Shown here: one piece after another, positions 9,828 through 21,526 of the stretch | Layout: each line of letters opens with the position of its first letter | Position numbering within the stretch: position 1 is the first letter of the stretch | Assembly (NCBI GenBank): GCA_965214705.1 | Contig: OZ243972.1 | Coordinates: 3,616,001 to 3,680,000 of the forward strand | DNA: 64,000 nucleotides | Direction of reading: 5' to 3' | Source: Alphaproteobacteria bacterium | Lineage (GTDB): Bacteria; Pseudomonadota; Alphaproteobacteria; UBA828 | Position numbers and translations under genes: made by a program | Notes under the pieces: model-generated | Databases searched by the model: none | Told to the model about the DNA's origin: nothing | Seen by the model: only the letters and a program-made list of their open reading frames with translations

Positions 9828-11440
9828 CCCGACCTATTCATGGAGAGCCTTGCACATGAGGCTCGGCTGAGGGGTCGCGTCGTGGCCTGACGCGGTTTGG
9901 CGCCGGGATCTGAGGATGGGTCGCTATTGGGTTGAGGGTTGAACGAGCCTGGGTTGTCGGGGCACATCGCCCCGGCGCTCAGGGGCCTGCTGCGGCGAGG
10001 CGGCCTGCGAGCAGTCGGAAGAGAGCGGCGTCCGGGCAGGCCGAGGCGAAGTGGATGCGGACGCGGGTGGCCTTCTCGATGACGCGGGCGCCGATCTTGA
10101 GGAGGCGCAGCCTGAGGGTTGCAAACTCGGCGCGGGCGAGCGGCGCTGTGCGGGGAATGGCGTCGCGGAGCGCGAGCATCAGCCAGTAGGCTGCGGTGTG
10201 GAGCACCAGCCTGAGCTGGTTGGCGAGCGGGCTCTGGCAGGAGGTGCGGTCCGAGGCGAGCTGGCCCTTGTGCATCTTGATCAGGTTTTCGGCCTGGCCG
10301 CGGGCGCAGTAGATGTCTTCGTAGAGGTGGCGGGGCTCGCCCTTGAGCGAGGTGACGACATAGCGGGCATCGAAGCCGCGCGTCGTCGCCTCCAGCCGAG
10401 CCACGACCCGGCGTTCGCGGCTCCAGGAGCGGGCGGCATAGGCGAAGGCGGCGAAGCTGCGCATCCTGTCCGCGCCGGCCTCGGCGCGGCGGACCTTGAG
10501 ATCGTCGGCCACCTCGTAGGCCAAGGCGTTGAGCGCGCGGTTGCCCGCGAGGCCGAAGATGTAGTCGACGCCGTTCTGCTCGCACCAGGCCATGGCTTGC
10601 GCGCGGCCATAGTGGCTGTCTCCCCGGAAGACGATCCGAGTGTGCGGCCAGTGGCGGCGGATGCGGCGGACCAGGTGCTTGATGAGGGTGCGGACCTCGA
10701 TCCCCGAGGGCGTCTTGCCGGGGCGCAGGAGGACCGCCACCGGCTTGCCGCTTTCCACGTGATAGACGTGGATGGGGAGGAAGCAGCGGGTGTCGTAATG
10801 AGCGTTGAACAGCGACAGCTGCTGGTGCCCGTGCACGGCATCGCAGGTGTCGTCGATATCCAGCGTGATGGCGGCGGGTGGGGCTGAGAAGGAGCGGCAG
10901 AAGAGATCGACCAGGGCGGCCGTCATGCGCGCCACCTCGATGCGAGACGGAGCGTTCTCCAGGCGGCTCATGGTGGGCTGGGAACAGAGATCGCGGCCGT
11001 TCTCCGGCGCCCGGCCTGAGGCCAGCTTGAACAGAGGGTCCGCGCGCAGCGTGTCGCAGTCGTCGGCGTCCTCGTACCCGCAGGCGATGGCCAACATGCG
11101 AAAGCGGAGCATGGCCGAGAGCGAGTGGATCACCTGCGCCTGATTGCGCCGGTCCCGGATGCAGCCCGCCAGGGTCTCGGCGAGACGCAAGCGGCGTTCC
11201 GCTTCGCGCAGCAGGACGAGGCCGCCGTCAGACGAGATCAGGCCGCCGTCGAAGGCGGCGCTCACCTTCTTGCGCGCGACGGCTGGCAGATCGAAGGGGA
11301 GAAGGCTATCGTCGGTCATGGCGGGCGTGGCGTGGCGTGGCTCGGAGAGGAAGACGCTCGGACAACGAATTCCTACCCGATGGCAACGGCTTACGCTACG
11401 TTCGCCACCCCAAAATCAGACCTGCCATGAATAATCCGGG
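9828..11440 (-). mobile_element. Complete IS1380-family element, 1613 bp
   Basis: Ends CCCGACCTATTCATGG and CCATGAATAATCCGGG (13/16 IR); TTAT duplication at 9824-9827 and 11441-11444. Confidence 0.9.
9979..11319 (-). CDS. IS1380-family transposase
   Basis: FDGGLISSDGG, SQPTMSRLEN, ITLDIDDT, FRGDSHY, YCARGQAENLIK. Confidence 0.95.
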   Translation of the reverse strand: MTDDSLLPFDLPAVARKKVSAAFDGGLISSDGGLVLLREAERRLRLAETLAGCIRDRRNQAQVIHSLSAMLRFRMLAIACGYEDADDCDTLRADPLFKLASGRAPENGRDLCSQPTMSRLENAPSRIEVARMTAALVDLFCRSFSAPPAAITLDIDDTCDAVHGHQQLSLFNAHYDTRCFLPIHVYHVESGKPVAVLLRPGKTPSGIEVRTLIKHLVRRIRRHWPHTRIVFRGDSHYGRAQAMAWCEQNGVDYIFGLAGNRALNALAYEVADDLKVRRAEAGADRMRSFAAFAYAARSWSRERRVVARLEATTRGFDARYVVTSLKGEPRHLYEDIYCARGQAENLIKMHKGQLASDRTSCQSPLANQLRLVLHTAAYWLMLALRDAIPRTAPLARAEFATLRLRLLKIGARVIEKATRVRIHFASACPDAALFRLLAGRLAAAGP

Positions 11441-12139
11441 TTATCGAGCAGCGCGACCGCTGACGAACCCAGTGCCCTCGCGCTGACCAGCGTCTGCCTC
11501 ACCGTCACGTATTGTCGGATATGGGGCAAAAGACGCTCGACCGTCCCGACCTGCGAGGACGACCAGCCATCGCCGTCGATCGGGTCGGCGATCACCCAGA
11601 CAATTCGCGAGCCGTCTGGCCCGTCGAGACGTACATTGAGGCTGTCGCGGGTGTCGCCGAGGGGCAGCGCCTCGTTGTAGACCAACGAAGTCTGCATTTC
11701 CGCGTCCGTGTAAAGGGAGGAGACGTGGACCACCCTGCTGTCGGGTAATTTCCTGATGCGTGGGATGCGTTCGTCGAGGTGGTGATAAGAATTGAAGTAC
11801 AGGCGCTCCAATTCGGGATGTCGTTGTCCGCGATAACAGAACTGGGCAAAGAAAATATCGATGTCGTCTTGTGAAGACCCGTCGCCAGTAATGAGGAAAT
11901 TGCCCTTCGCACCGCAGGCTTCATCGATCAGCCCGGACGTCGCCGGCCAACGGGCATCGTCGAGCACGGTTTTGTGCAGTGATGCCAAGATGCGCTCGAT
12001 CAAGTCCTACCGCCTCAAAGAAATTTCCACTCATCCGGGCGAGCGCCTGTCTCAGAGGTCAGGGACCATCGTCTGCTTCGATGAATCCATGTCCTCTTGG
12101 CTCTCATCCCGATGCTAAGCCACCCTGAGGATTTCGTCG

Positions 12140-12155
12140 CCCTCCTGAGGGAGGG
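12140..12155. promoter_or_regulatory. Palindromic candidate operator CCCTCC-TGAG-GGAGGG upstream of the LuxR-type gene
   Basis: Second copy of the 9165-9180 motif, at a similar distance from the start codon. Confidence 0.5.
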
Positions 12156-12446
12156 GTATTCAGTTTCGGGGGGAGGGAGGATTTCCGTTTCTCCCTCCTG
12201 CATCGCTCCCGGAATATGCTCTCCGACTCCGGCGGGCCTCGCTTGACTAAGCCCGATAGGGGGGGCATGAGATGGCTGCGAGATGAGCGACGCGGCCGGC
12301 CGGCTGCGGACGAGGGAGAGACTGTGACTGACCGGAATCGGCCGGCGACGGTCGCGTCATCGGGCACGCGCCTGCGGCCTTGCGCGCGAGGCAGCGCCGG
12401 CCCCAGCCCACTCGTCTTCGCGGGCATCCCGACCGGGTACTGACGC

Positions 12447-13478
12447 GTGGCCGTGAGCACGGGCGAGGGGCCGACGCGGGGCGGCACCGATTACACGGTG
12501 TCGGCCGCGACGATCCGCCACTGGCGGGACGACGAGCTCCCCGAATGGTTCAAGAAGAAGCGCGGTAGCACGCGCTCGTTGATCGTCAACCGCTGGGTGC
12601 CGCGGGTGATGGTCGGCGTGCCCATCGCGGTGCTGCTCTTCATCGTCGCCTATCCCACGGTGCAGATGGCGTACTACGCCTTCCACGACATCAACATGGT
12701 GAGCCTATTCAAGGGCGACTACGGGCTGATCGGCTTCACCAACTTCGAGCGGGTGCTGACCTCGGACCGCTTCCACGGCTCGGTGCTCCACCTGATCCAG
12801 TACCTGTTCTTCGGCGCCGTGCTGCAGGTGGTGATCGGCACCGCGCTCGCGCTGATCCTGCACCACTGCGTGCGCAACAACGCGGCCCGGCTGGTGATCC
12901 TGGTCATCCTCGTGATGCCCATGATGCTGCCGCCCTCGATCGTGGGCGTGCTGTGGCGCTTCCTGTTCAATCCGTCGAACGGCGCGATCAACCAGGCGCT
13001 GCTCGATATCGGCCTGATCCAGGCGCACATCGAGTGGTTCCAGATCGGCGTCTCGCTCTGGACCATCACCATCGCCGACATCTGGGAATGGACCTCGCTG
13101 CCGTTCCTGATCGTCTTCAGCGGGCGATTGGGGCTGCCGCCCTCGATCTACGAAGCGGCGCGGGTGGACGGCGCCTCGCCCTTCCTCACGCTCCGGCGGA
13201 TCACGCTGCCGATGCTGAAGGAGGTCATCGCCATCGCCTTCATCATCCGCTTCATGGATGCATACAAATTCGTGGACAAGGTCTACGTCATGACCTCGGG
13301 CGGGCCGGCGCAATCGTCCGAGTTACCCGCCTACATCGCCTATCAGCGGGGCGTGCGCGAGTTCGAGATCGGCGAGGCGGCGGCCTATGCGTGGATCATC
13401 TTCCTCTTCGCCATCATCCTGATCACGCTCTTCCTGCGCTACCTCAAGCGCGTGCTGCGCGCGCAGGCGATCGCGTGA
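12447..13478 (+). CDS. Carbohydrate ABC transporter permease (CUT1, MalF-like)
   Basis: Multiple TM segments; EAA loop IYEAARVDGAS...ITLP. Confidence 0.9.
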   Translation: MAVSTGEGPTRGGTDYTVSAATIRHWRDDELPEWFKKKRGSTRSLIVNRWVPRVMVGVPIAVLLFIVAYPTVQMAYYAFHDINMVSLFKGDYGLIGFTNFERVLTSDRFHGSVLHLIQYLFFGAVLQVVIGTALALILHHCVRNNAARLVILVILVMPMMLPPSIVGVLWRFLFNPSNGAINQALLDIGLIQAHIEWFQIGVSLWTITIADIWEWTSLPFLIVFSGRLGLPPSIYEAARVDGASPFLTLRRITLPMLKEVIAIAFIIRFMDAYKFVDKVYVMTSGGPAQSSELPAYIAYQRGVREFEIGEAAAYAWIIFLFAIILITLFLRYLKRVLRAQAIA

Positions 13479-13489
13479 GACCGGCCGGC

Positions 13490-14329
13490 ATGAGCGTCAA
13501 GCACTACAAGCTGGTCCGGCTGCTGCTGCTGATCTTTCTCGGCGTGTGGCTGGTGCTGATCATGTTCCCGTTCTACTTCCAGATCATCACCTCGCTGAAG
13601 GACGTGGCGGAGGTGAACCGGATCGAGCCCACCTTCTGGCCGGAAGTGTTCGTGCTTGAGAACTATTCGGCAATCTGGAACGAGCCGGGCAACTTCAAGT
13701 CGCTGGTGGACAGCTTCATCATCGCGACTTGCAACACCATTCTCTCGCTCTTCTTCGGCACGCTGGCGGGCTACGCGCTGGCGCGCTTCCCGCGCCAGTC
13801 GGGCGGTGAGAACGTGGCGATGTGGATCCTGTCGAACCGCATGTTCCCGCCGGTGGCGGTGTTGCTGCCGATGTTCTTCCTGTTCGAGGAGCTGTTCGGC
13901 ACCACCGACACGCACATGGCGCTGATCATCCTCTATCTGGTCTTCAACATGCCGCTCGCGGTGTGGCTGATGATGGTTTTCTTCCGCGACGTGCCGCGCG
14001 AGCTGGAGGAGGCGGCCTACGTGGACGGCCACAAGCCGTTCAAGGTGTTCTTCACCATCACGCTGCCGCTGGTCGGCCCCGGCATGATCGCGGTCGCCAT
14101 GCTGTGCTGGATCTTCTCGTGGAACGAATACCTGTTTGCCAACATGTTCATCGGCACGGACGTGAAGACCTTCCCGGTGGTGATCCCGAGCTTCACCAGC
14201 GGCAGCCAGACGCTGTGGAACCTGGTGATGGCGTTCAGTCTGGTCGCCATGATCCCGCCGGTGGTGCTGTTCATCATCCTGCGCCGCTACATGGTGCGCG
14301 GCCTCTCGCTCGGCGTGGTGAAGGGCTGA
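13490..14329 (+). CDS. Carbohydrate ABC transporter permease (MalG-like)
   Basis: AGYALAR, PRELEEAAYVDG, FSWNEYLFA; start ATG at 13490 (MSVKHY). Confidence 0.9.
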   Translation: MSVKHYKLVRLLLLIFLGVWLVLIMFPFYFQIITSLKDVAEVNRIEPTFWPEVFVLENYSAIWNEPGNFKSLVDSFIIATCNTILSLFFGTLAGYALARFPRQSGGENVAMWILSNRMFPPVAVLLPMFFLFEELFGTTDTHMALIILYLVFNMPLAVWLMMVFFRDVPRELEEAAYVDGHKPFKVFFTITLPLVGPGMIAVAMLCWIFSWNEYLFANMFIGTDVKTFPVVIPSFTSGSQTLWNLVMAFSLVAMIPPVVLFIILRRYMVRGLSLGVVKG

Positions 14330-14330
14330 G

Positions 14331-15440
14331 ATGGCGCGGCTGGAACTGCAGGGCATCTGCAAGGGGTGGGATTATCCCATCCTGGACCAGCTCGACCTGA
14401 CCATCGAGGAGGGCGAGTTCTTCTGCATCCTGGGGCCGTCCGGCATCAGCAAGACGACGCTGCTCCGCATCATCGCTGGCCTCGAATCGCCGGATGCCGG
14501 GCGGGTAATTCTGAACGGCAAGGACATCACCGAGGTACCGCCCTATCACCGGCCCGTGGCGCTGACCTTCGAGAGCTACGCGCTCTATCCGCACCGCAGC
14601 GTCTTCGACAACATCGCGAGCCCGCTCAGGGCGCAGAGGCTGCCGCGCAGCGAGATGGAGGCGCGCATCGCCGAGGTGGCGCGGATCCTGCGCATCGAGG
14701 AGCTGCTGCCGCGCCGGCCGAACGAGGCCTCGGGCGGCCAGATGCAGCGCATCTCGCTGGCGCGGACCCTGGTCAAGCGGCCTGAGGTCTTCCTCCTCGA
14801 CGAGCCGATCAGCCATTTGGACGCGCGCATCCGATACGAGCTGCGCCAGCAGTTTCACCGGCTGGAGGCGCTGCGCACCGTGGCCACGATCTACGTGACT
14901 CACGATTACACCGAGGCGCTCTCGCTTGGCGACCGGGTCGGCATCATGGGCCGCGCGGGGCTGGTGCAGACCGGCCTGCCGCGGGACATCTTCGAGCGGC
15001 CGAATTCGCTCTTCGTGGCCCAGCACGTGGGCCAGCCGCCGATCAACCTGATCGACTGCGAACTCCGGCATGTCGACGGCGCGCTCCACGTCGCGAGCCA
15101 GGAGACGGCGCTTTCCTACCCGCTCGCGGCCGACCATGGCGCCACGCTGGAAGCGCGCAACGAGCCGACGCTGGTCGCCGGCATCAGGCCGCAGCACCTG
15201 GAGGCGCTGGTGGACGATGCCGATGCGGGCGGGCGGCACGTGATGGAGGGCCGCGCCGAGATTTACGAGGCGCTGGGTTCCATGGGCGTGCTGATCGCCG
15301 ATGTGGGCGGTGCGAAGCTCACGGTGATCACGGCGCCCGATGCCCATGTGGAGCCGGGCCAGCCGGTGCGAATCGCGCTCAGGACCGAGCGCGTGCACTA
15401 TTTCGACATGCAGAACGGCGTCTCCCTGCTCGACGGATAG
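14331..15440 (+). CDS. ABC transporter ATP-binding subunit 1 (MalK-like, variant Walker A)
   Basis: GPSGISKTT, ASGGQMQR, LLDEPISHLD, YVTHD; C-terminal TOBE-like region. Confidence 0.9.
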   Translation: MARLELQGICKGWDYPILDQLDLTIEEGEFFCILGPSGISKTTLLRIIAGLESPDAGRVILNGKDITEVPPYHRPVALTFESYALYPHRSVFDNIASPLRAQRLPRSEMEARIAEVARILRIEELLPRRPNEASGGQMQRISLARTLVKRPEVFLLDEPISHLDARIRYELRQQFHRLEALRTVATIYVTHDYTEALSLGDRVGIMGRAGLVQTGLPRDIFERPNSLFVAQHVGQPPINLIDCELRHVDGALHVASQETALSYPLAADHGATLEARNEPTLVAGIRPQHLEALVDDADAGGRHVMEGRAEIYEALGSMGVLIADVGGAKLTVITAPDAHVEPGQPVRIALRTERVHYFDMQNGVSLLDG

Positions 15441-15445
15441 CGGCG

Positions 15446-16546
15446 ATGGCGGAAGTCAGGCTGAGCGAGGTCAACAAGGTCTACGAGGGCCGCGGGCAGC
15501 AGGTGCACGCGGTGCGCGACCTCGACCTCGTGGTGGAGGACGGCGAGTTCGTCTCGATCGTGGGACCCTCGGGCTGCGGCAAGTCCACCACGCTGCGCAT
15601 GATCGTGGGGCTTGAGAAGGCGACTTCGGGCCAGATCCTGTTCAACGGGGACATGGTCAACGACCTCGACCCGCAAGAGCGGAACGTCGCGATGGCGTTC
15701 GAGAACTACGCGCTCTATCCCAACTTCAGCGCCGAGGAGAACATCGGCTTCCCGCTGGAGGCGCGGGGGATTCCCAAGCAGGAGCGCCGCCGCCGCGTCC
15801 ATGAGCTGGCCGAGCTGCTGCAAATCGGAAACATCCTGCACCAGCATCCCAACACGCTCTCCGGCGGCCAGAAGCAGCGGGTCTCGCTGGCGCGGGCGCT
15901 GATCCGGGAGCCCGCCGCCTTCATCCTGGACGAGGTGCTGGGCCACGTGGACGGGCACCTGCGCTTCCAAATGCTGTTCGACCTCAAGCGCCTGCACCAG
16001 TCGCTCGACAGCACGATGATCTTCGTCACCCACGATCAGATGGAGGCGATCGCGCTCTCCGACCGGATTGCGGTGCTGCACCAGGGCCGCTTGGTGCAAA
16101 GCGGCACGCGCGACGAGCTCTACGACACTCCGGCGACCCGGTTCGTCGCAGACTTTATCGGAGAGCCGCCGACCAACTTCTTCGACACCCGATTCGTCGA
16201 GGAAGGAGGCGAGGAAACGCTGCGCGCGGACGATCTCGCCCTGCAATTGACGGCCGAAACCGCAGCCCGTCTGCGCTCTCGCGACGACCGGCGCTATGTC
16301 GTTGGCATCCGTCCGCAAAACCTGTTATGCACGCCACGAGCGGGCACGATCAGTTTCGACGCCACGATCGACATCCATGAATATCTGGGGGAGCGATCCA
16401 TCCTCACCCTTCGTCGGGGCGGGCTTAGGTTCCAGGCCCTGGCGTCGGCCGAAGGCTCGTGGGCCGCTGACGAGCCGATCACCCTCTATTACCGACCGCA
16501 GGACATCATGGTGTTCGACGCGGAGTCGGAAGCTCTCATCGCCTGA
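15446..16546 (+). CDS. ABC transporter ATP-binding subunit 2 (MalK-like)
   Basis: GPSGCGKST, LSGGQKQR, ILDEVLGHVD, FVTHDQ. Confidence 0.92.
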   Translation: MAEVRLSEVNKVYEGRGQQVHAVRDLDLVVEDGEFVSIVGPSGCGKSTTLRMIVGLEKATSGQILFNGDMVNDLDPQERNVAMAFENYALYPNFSAEENIGFPLEARGIPKQERRRRVHELAELLQIGNILHQHPNTLSGGQKQRVSLARALIREPAAFILDEVLGHVDGHLRFQMLFDLKRLHQSLDSTMIFVTHDQMEAIALSDRIAVLHQGRLVQSGTRDELYDTPATRFVADFIGEPPTNFFDTRFVEEGGEETLRADDLALQLTAETAARLRSRDDRRYVVGIRPQNLLCTPRAGTISFDATIDIHEYLGERSILTLRRGGLRFQALASAEGSWAADEPITLYYRPQDIMVFDAESEALIA

Positions 16547-16609
16547 GCGCGACCGGGCGGAGTGCCGAGCGGCAATGTTTGTGGGTTGAACGCAACGAGG
16601 AGACACGAA

Positions 16610-18157
16610 ATGGGAATGTTTAGTCACATTACGCGGCGCAAGTTCCTCAAGGGCGCGGCGGCCGGTGCAGCGGCCCTCGGCGCCTCGGGCGTCGCGGCAC
16701 CACGGCTCGGCCGTGCGGCCCAGGCGGTGCCGCCGGGCAAGAAGCTCTTCAACGACATCGAGCTGACCTACTTCCAGGATTCCAACTGGCTGCACGCGCC
16801 GCTGTGGCTCTCCGACCATCTGATGGCGGAGGCCGGTGTCGGCATCAAGAGCCGGGAGCAGTACGACGGCGGCGACTCGGTCGCGAAGATTCTGCCGCAG
16901 CTTCTCTCCCGCAATCCGCGCTTCGACTGGGTTCAGTTCCCGAGCCTGTTCTTCGGCGCGTTCGCGGAGACCGGCCAGCTCGAGCCGCTCGACCAGTACC
17001 TCGAGAAGTACGAGGGCACGTCGGAGTATCTGGACTGGGTCATGCCCGCCTACCGCGAGTTCTACACGAAGTGGGCCGGCCAGACCTACGGCATCATGCT
17101 GGATGGCGACATCCACATCCTTCACTACCGCAAGTCCTTCTTCGAGCGGCCGGAGCTTCAGAAGAAGTTCTCCAAGCGCTTCCAGCGCGATCTTGCCGTC
17201 CCGAAGACCTGGTTCGAGTTCCTCGACGCGACACAGTTCTTCACCGAAGAGTTGTCGGAGTCCGAGGGCGTCTACGGCTCGTCGATGGTCATCAACCCGC
17301 CGAACTTCGGCTGGGGCTTCTGGATGGACGTGGCCGCCGGCAACGGGGTCAACTACTTCGACGAGAACATGAACCCGACGATCAACACGGCGCAGGCTGT
17401 CGAGGCGTTGGATCTGTTCAAGGAGATCGTCCAGTTCGGCCCGCCCGGGAAGGAGTCCCTGGGTCTCTCCACCAGCATCCAGCGCTGGCAGTCGGGCGGC
17501 GACGTGATGTCGGTCTGGTGGATCGACCTCGCCGAGTTCACGGTGCAGCAGCAGGGCATGGAGCGCGCCGAGGATCAGCGCGGCGATATCGTTCCCGGCT
17601 GGCCGCAAGAGGATGGCTCGATCAACCACCGGGCGATTTCGCTCTGGTGCCGCACCGGCGCCATTCCGAAGAACGCGCCGGAGGACGTGAAGGAAGCCGC
17701 GTTCTACTTCCTCTACCGGATGTCACACCCTGATTACTCGGACGACATCGTGGCGGACGAGTATTGCGGCTCCGATCCGTTCGGCGTCAGCCACTACACC
17801 GACGCCGCGGCCCAGAAGTACCTGGAGCCCAACCCGCAGCGTGGGACCAACGAGCTGTGGGCCACGAACTCGGGTATCTTCCAGAACTTCGACACCTCGC
17901 GGAACCATCTGGACGCAGGCCTGAAGAACGTCGAGGTCGGCTATCCGCAGTTCTTCTGGGAAGGCGCGTCCGAGTACGGCGACGCGCTCGGACGGAACAT
18001 CCAGAAGGCGATCGCCGGCAACCTCACCAGCCAGCAGGCGCTCGACGAGGCGGCCGAGGAATGGGTCCAGATCGTGCAGAAGCTGGGCATCGATAGTCAG
18101 AAGGCTCAGTATGCCAACTTCGTAGAGGGCGCTCGTTCGCTCGGCTACAAGATCTAG
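16610..18157 (+). CDS. Extracellular solute-binding protein (sugar-type) with Tat signal
   Basis: ITRRKFLKGAAAG twin-arginine signal; LEPLDQY, HYRK, PKTW; GAGGAG RBS before ATG 16610. Confidence 0.88.
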   Translation: MGMFSHITRRKFLKGAAAGAAALGASGVAAPRLGRAAQAVPPGKKLFNDIELTYFQDSNWLHAPLWLSDHLMAEAGVGIKSREQYDGGDSVAKILPQLLSRNPRFDWVQFPSLFFGAFAETGQLEPLDQYLEKYEGTSEYLDWVMPAYREFYTKWAGQTYGIMLDGDIHILHYRKSFFERPELQKKFSKRFQRDLAVPKTWFEFLDATQFFTEELSESEGVYGSSMVINPPNFGWGFWMDVAAGNGVNYFDENMNPTINTAQAVEALDLFKEIVQFGPPGKESLGLSTSIQRWQSGGDVMSVWWIDLAEFTVQQQGMERAEDQRGDIVPGWPQEDGSINHRAISLWCRTGAIPKNAPEDVKEAAFYFLYRMSHPDYSDDIVADEYCGSDPFGVSHYTDAAAQKYLEPNPQRGTNELWATNSGIFQNFDTSRNHLDAGLKNVEVGYPQFFWEGASEYGDALGRNIQKAIAGNLTSQQALDEAAEEWVQIVQKLGIDSQKAQYANFVEGARSLGYKI

Positions 18158-18171
18158 GTGTACCGTTATGC

Positions 18172-18217
18172 GGCCGCGGTGCCGCGCCCACAAGGCGTGA
18201 CGCCGCGGCCCCTTTTT
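18172..18217 (+). terminator. Probable intrinsic terminator of the ABC operon
   Basis: GGCCGCGG...CCGCGGCC stem followed by CCTTTTT. Confidence 0.6.
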
Positions 18218-18291
18218 CCCTCGCACGCGGCGGGCCGGCGGAAGACCGATAGCGGGGCGACGGGCCCGATCCCCCCGCCGAAGAGCGACCG

Positions 18292-19899
<1,608 letters not shown>

Positions 19900-20013
19900 A
19901 GCGCTATTCGGCGCGGGCGGGCTTGCCTCCCTTCACCTGAAACACCACGTTAGCTACAAGGTACTCGCGCAGGCTGCGCAGCGGGCGCAGGTATCGGCAG
20001 GATGGACAACCCC

Positions 20014-21516
20014 ATGAAGATTGCATTTTCCGAAATCGCGACACCGGCCAAGGGAGTGATCGCCGTCGTCGTCACGGAGGAGCGTACCCTCGGCGCGACC
20101 GGACGCGGGCTCGACGAGCAGACGGGCGGTGCACTCAGCCGTGCGCTTGTCGCCGGCCGCTTCAAGGGGAAGCAGGGCACGTCCACCACCATCGTCGCGC
20201 CGCACGGCCTCGACGTCGATGCCGTGATCTTGGTCGGCCTCGGCAAGCCGGGGAAGATCGACGGCCGGGGCTTGAGGGCGCTCGGCGGTAGCGTCGTCGG
20301 CAAGATGAACGCCGCCGGCGCGAAGGCCGGCGCCGTTGCGGTGGACGCGGTCGACGGTGCCAGCATCGCGCCGCCAGCGATGGCGGCTGAAATCGCCCTC
20401 GGCGCGCGCCTCGGCAGCTACAGCTTCGACAAGTACCACACCAAGAAGAAGGACGAGGACAAGAAGAGCCTCGGCGAGCTCACCATGATGCTCGACGATC
20501 CTGCGGCGGCGGAAGACGCATTCACGCCGAACGATAACCTCGTTGACGGCGTCTTCCTCACGCGCGACATGGTCTCCGAGCCGAGCAACGTTAAATATCC
20601 GAAGACCATCACGGAGGATATCGAGGCGCTCGTCGAGGACGGGATCGAGGTGGAAATCTTCGACCGTGAGAAGATGGCCGGCCTCGGCATGGGGTCGCTG
20701 CTCGGCGTCGCCCAGGGCAGCGAGAACGAGCCTTATCTCGCGATCATGCGTTGGAACGGCGCACTCGAAGGGGCCGACGCTCAGCCCGTCGCCTTCATCG
20801 GCAAGGGCGTGACCTTCGATACCGGCGGCATCTCCATCAAGCCGAGCCAGGGCATGGAGGAGATGAAGTACGACATGGCCGGCGCGGGCACCGTGGTTGG
20901 CCTGATGAAGTGCCTGGCGGGCCGCAAGGCGCGGGTCAACGCGATTGGCGTGGTGGGGCTGGTCGAGAACATGCCCGACGGCAAGGCGCAGCGGCCAGGC
21001 GACGTGGTCACCTCCATGTCGGGCCAGACCATCGAGGTCATTAACACCGACGCCGAAGGCCGGCTCGTGCTGGCCGACGCGCTCTGGTACACGCAGGAGA
21101 CCTTCAAGCCGCAGTTCATGATCGACCTCGCCACGCTGACCGGGGCGATCCTCATCAGCCTCGGCACCTACCAGGCGGGCCTCTTCAGCAACAACGACGA
21201 ACTGGCGGAGCGCCTGATCGCGGCGGGCAAAGAAAGCGGTGAGGAAGTGTGGCGCATGCCGCTCGGCGAGCGCTACGACAAGGATATCGACTCCGCCATC
21301 GCGGACATGAAGAACGTCGGCAAGGGTCGCGAGGCCGGCAGCGTGGCCGCGGCACAGTTCCTGCAGCGCTTCGTCAACGGTGTGCCGTGGGCTCATCTCG
21401 ACATCGCGGGCATGGCCTGGATGAAGCGCGGCGACGACCCCACCGTGCCCAAGGGCGCGTCGGGCTACGGCGTCCGCCTGCTCGATCAGTTGGTGCGGGC
21501 GCACTACGAGGGCTGA
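20014..21516 (+). CDS. pepA: Leucyl aminopeptidase (M17)
   Basis: GKGVTFDTGG, MKYDMAG, NTDAEGRLVLAD, DLATLTGA, HLDIAG. Confidence 0.96.
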   Translation: MKIAFSEIATPAKGVIAVVVTEERTLGATGRGLDEQTGGALSRALVAGRFKGKQGTSTTIVAPHGLDVDAVILVGLGKPGKIDGRGLRALGGSVVGKMNAAGAKAGAVAVDAVDGASIAPPAMAAEIALGARLGSYSFDKYHTKKKDEDKKSLGELTMMLDDPAAAEDAFTPNDNLVDGVFLTRDMVSEPSNVKYPKTITEDIEALVEDGIEVEIFDREKMAGLGMGSLLGVAQGSENEPYLAIMRWNGALEGADAQPVAFIGKGVTFDTGGISIKPSQGMEEMKYDMAGAGTVVGLMKCLAGRKARVNAIGVVGLVENMPDGKAQRPGDVVTSMSGQTIEVINTDAEGRLVLADALWYTQETFKPQFMIDLATLTGAILISLGTYQAGLFSNNDELAERLIAAGKESGEEVWRMPLGERYDKDIDSAIADMKNVGKGREAGSVAAAQFLQRFVNGVPWAHLDIAGMAWMKRGDDPTVPKGASGYGVRLLDQLVRAHYEG

Positions 21517-21526
21517 CGCCGGCGCG

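Larger units (their letters stand above)
9250..12003 (-). pseudogene. LuxR-type HTH regulator (N-terminal sensor, PAS-like, C-terminal HTH) interrupted by IS1380
   Basis: N-part 11441-12003 (IERILASLHKTVLDDARWP...); C-part 9250-9823 (LGLTQAESQIAVLLAQG...TVKWHIQHIYAKHGLSRQVELV). Removing the IS and one TTAT restores the frame ...ALLDN-LRLGVLQLDRRGR. Confidence 0.9.
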
